A stretch of DNA of 64,000 nucleotides from an uncultured Verrucomicrobiae bacterium (GTDB lineage Bacteria > Verrucomicrobiota > Verrucomicrobiia > Chthoniobacterales > Chthoniobacteraceae), in contig CAWIKF010000002.1 in assembly GCA_963836755.1 (NCBI GenBank), positions 96,001 through 160,000 on the forward strand, given 5' to 3'. The notes beneath the pieces were generated by a model that worked only from the letters and a program-made list of their open reading frames with translations, had not been told where the DNA came from and did no database searches. Both the position numbers and the translations under genes were made by a program. Positions 62,709 to 64,000 of this stretch are shown here, one piece after another (positions within the stretch are counted from its first letter, which is position 1; every line of letters starts with the position of its first letter).

Positions 62709-64000
62709 TGCTCGTTTCCGCCGACGAAATGCGCGCGCTCGAGCAAGCCGCGTTTGCGGCGGGAACGACCGCGGATGAGCTGATGGAGCGGGCTGGCGAG
62801 CAAATCGCACGAGCAGTCCGCCAATTTTTTCCGTCTCCTGGCACTGCGGAAATTTTTTACGGCAAAGGCCACAACGGCGGCGATGCGCTCGTCGCCGCGC
62901 GTCATCTCGCGCAGTCAGGCTGGCAAATAAATTTGCACACGCCCGAAAAGGATCGCGAAAAATTAACCGAGCTGACGCGCCAAAAACTCGCAGCGCTCAA
63001 ACTCGCGGATCAAAGTTTCGCGCCCGATCCGCACATCGTTTTGGACGGGTTGCTTGGCATCGGCGCGCGCCTCCCATTGCACGCGGAACTGCGCGAATGG
63101 ACGCGTGCGATCAATGATCTTCGACAAAATGAAAGCGCCAGCGTCGTCGCGATCGACATCCCGACCGGACTCGACGCCGACACCGGCGAAGCTGATCCCG
63201 ACTGCGTCGTCGCCGATTTCACGCTCGCGATCGGCCGCGCAAAAAAGGGATTGGTCGCCGACGGCGCGACCAATTTCGTCGGGCGCCTCGCCCTTCTTCC
63301 GCTCGCGGAACTTGCATGCGCGAGCGAAGGCGACGAGCTCGCCACCGCCGCGCAACTTTCGCCGCTTTTGCCGCCACGGAAATTCGAATCCCACAAAAAT
63401 AGTTTCGGCCACATCGCGATTCTCGCCGGTTCTCTCGGCTTCACCGGCGCCGCCGCGCTTTGCTCCGAAGGCGCTCTGCGAGCGGGCGCGGGCCTCGTCA
63501 CTCTGTTCGTGCGCGAAGAAATTCAACCAACTTTGACGGCAATCACTTCGCCCGAAATCATGGTGCGCCCGATCGAATCCTATGCCGCAATCCTCGAAGA
63601 AAAATTCGACGTGCTCGCGATCGGCCCGGGTCTCGGACACGCACATGCCGAAGAAATTTTGCACCTCATCGAAAAGTGCAAACAGCCGATGATCGTCGAT
63701 GCCGATGCGCTGAACGCGATCGCCCGGTCTGAAAAAATGGATCTGCTTCTTCGATGCGCCGCGCCCCGTTTGCTCACGCCGCATCCCGGCGAAATGGCGC
63801 GACTTTTTTCCATCGGCACACGCACCCGCCGCGAAATCGTGTGCGACTTTGTCGAAAAATTTCCCATCACACTTTTGCTCAAAGGCGCGCGCACGATCAT
63901 CGGCGAGCGCGGCAAACCGCTCAGCTACAACACAACTGGCACGCCGGGAATGGCAACGGGCGGAATGGGAGATGTGTTGACGGGTGTTTGCGCGGCGCTC
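62708..64000 (+). CDS. nnr: Bifunctional NAD(P)H-hydrate epimerase/dehydratase, 3' truncated by window
   Basis: Manual translation from ATG 62708: LMERAG, GKGHNGGD, AIDIPTG, HKNSFG, GAGLVT, AIGPGLG, TPHPGE, GGMGDVLTG. Confidence 0.95.
   Translation, partial: MLVSADEMRALEQAAFAAGTTADELMERAGEQIARAVRQFFPSPGTAEIFYGKGHNGGDALVAARHLAQSGWQINLHTPEKDREKLTELTRQKLAALKLADQSFAPDPHIVLDGLLGIGARLPLHAELREWTRAINDLRQNESASVVAIDIPTGLDADTGEADPDCVVADFTLAIGRAKKGLVADGATNFVGRLALLPLAELACASEGDELATAAQLSPLLPPRKFESHKNSFGHIAILAGSLGFTGAAALCSEGALRAGAGLVTLFVREEIQPTLTAITSPEIMVRPIESYAAILEEKFDVLAIGPGLGHAHAEEILHLIEKCKQPMIVDADALNAIARSEKMDLLLRCAAPRLLTPHPGEMARLFSIGTRTRREIVCDFVEKFPITLLLKGARTIIGERGKPLSYNTTGTPGMATGGMGDVLTGVCAAL

Overview
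Gene-dense, GC-rich bacterial chromosomal window. Gene content suggests a diderm, probably Verrucomicrobiota (inference, not tested). 1-25.5 kb: housekeeping and envelope genes (partial HemQ/ChdC-like gene, ferredoxin, folB, TauE+USP, M24 peptidase, ECF sigma/anti-sigma/HtrA-like operon, ligA, kinase-MurQ fusion, scpA, rhomboid, yajC-secDF, rmlC-like/rfbA, YbgC-like thioesterase, tolQRAB-pal). 25.5-57.1 kb: a large, partly more A/T-rich surface-glycan locus (about 16 glycosyltransferases including a GT-C-like protein, glf, five SAM methyltransferases, Wzx- and Wzy-like proteins) that ends in epsI-exosortase and a WecB/TagA gene. 57.1-64 kb: TPR protein, a receiver/Pro-rich/kinase/FGE-domain protein, a secreted hypothetical, an amidase and partial nnr. 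I saw no tRNA, rRNA, CRISPR-cas, transposase or reverse transcriptase. Most notable: (i) two related arrays of a 15-bp palindrome (GCAGAA-N3-TTCTGC) at 21-bp period, one directly upstream of an uncharacterised 227-aa gene inserted in the glycan locus; (ii) an orphan sigma54-type promoter followed by a ~115-nt structured RNA candidate; (iii) an HtrA homologue lacking its whole catalytic triad; (iv) a membrane protein with a pseudo-receiver and a pseudokinase; (v) repeated leaderless promoter architecture. Three single-base frameshifts are most likely sequencing errors.
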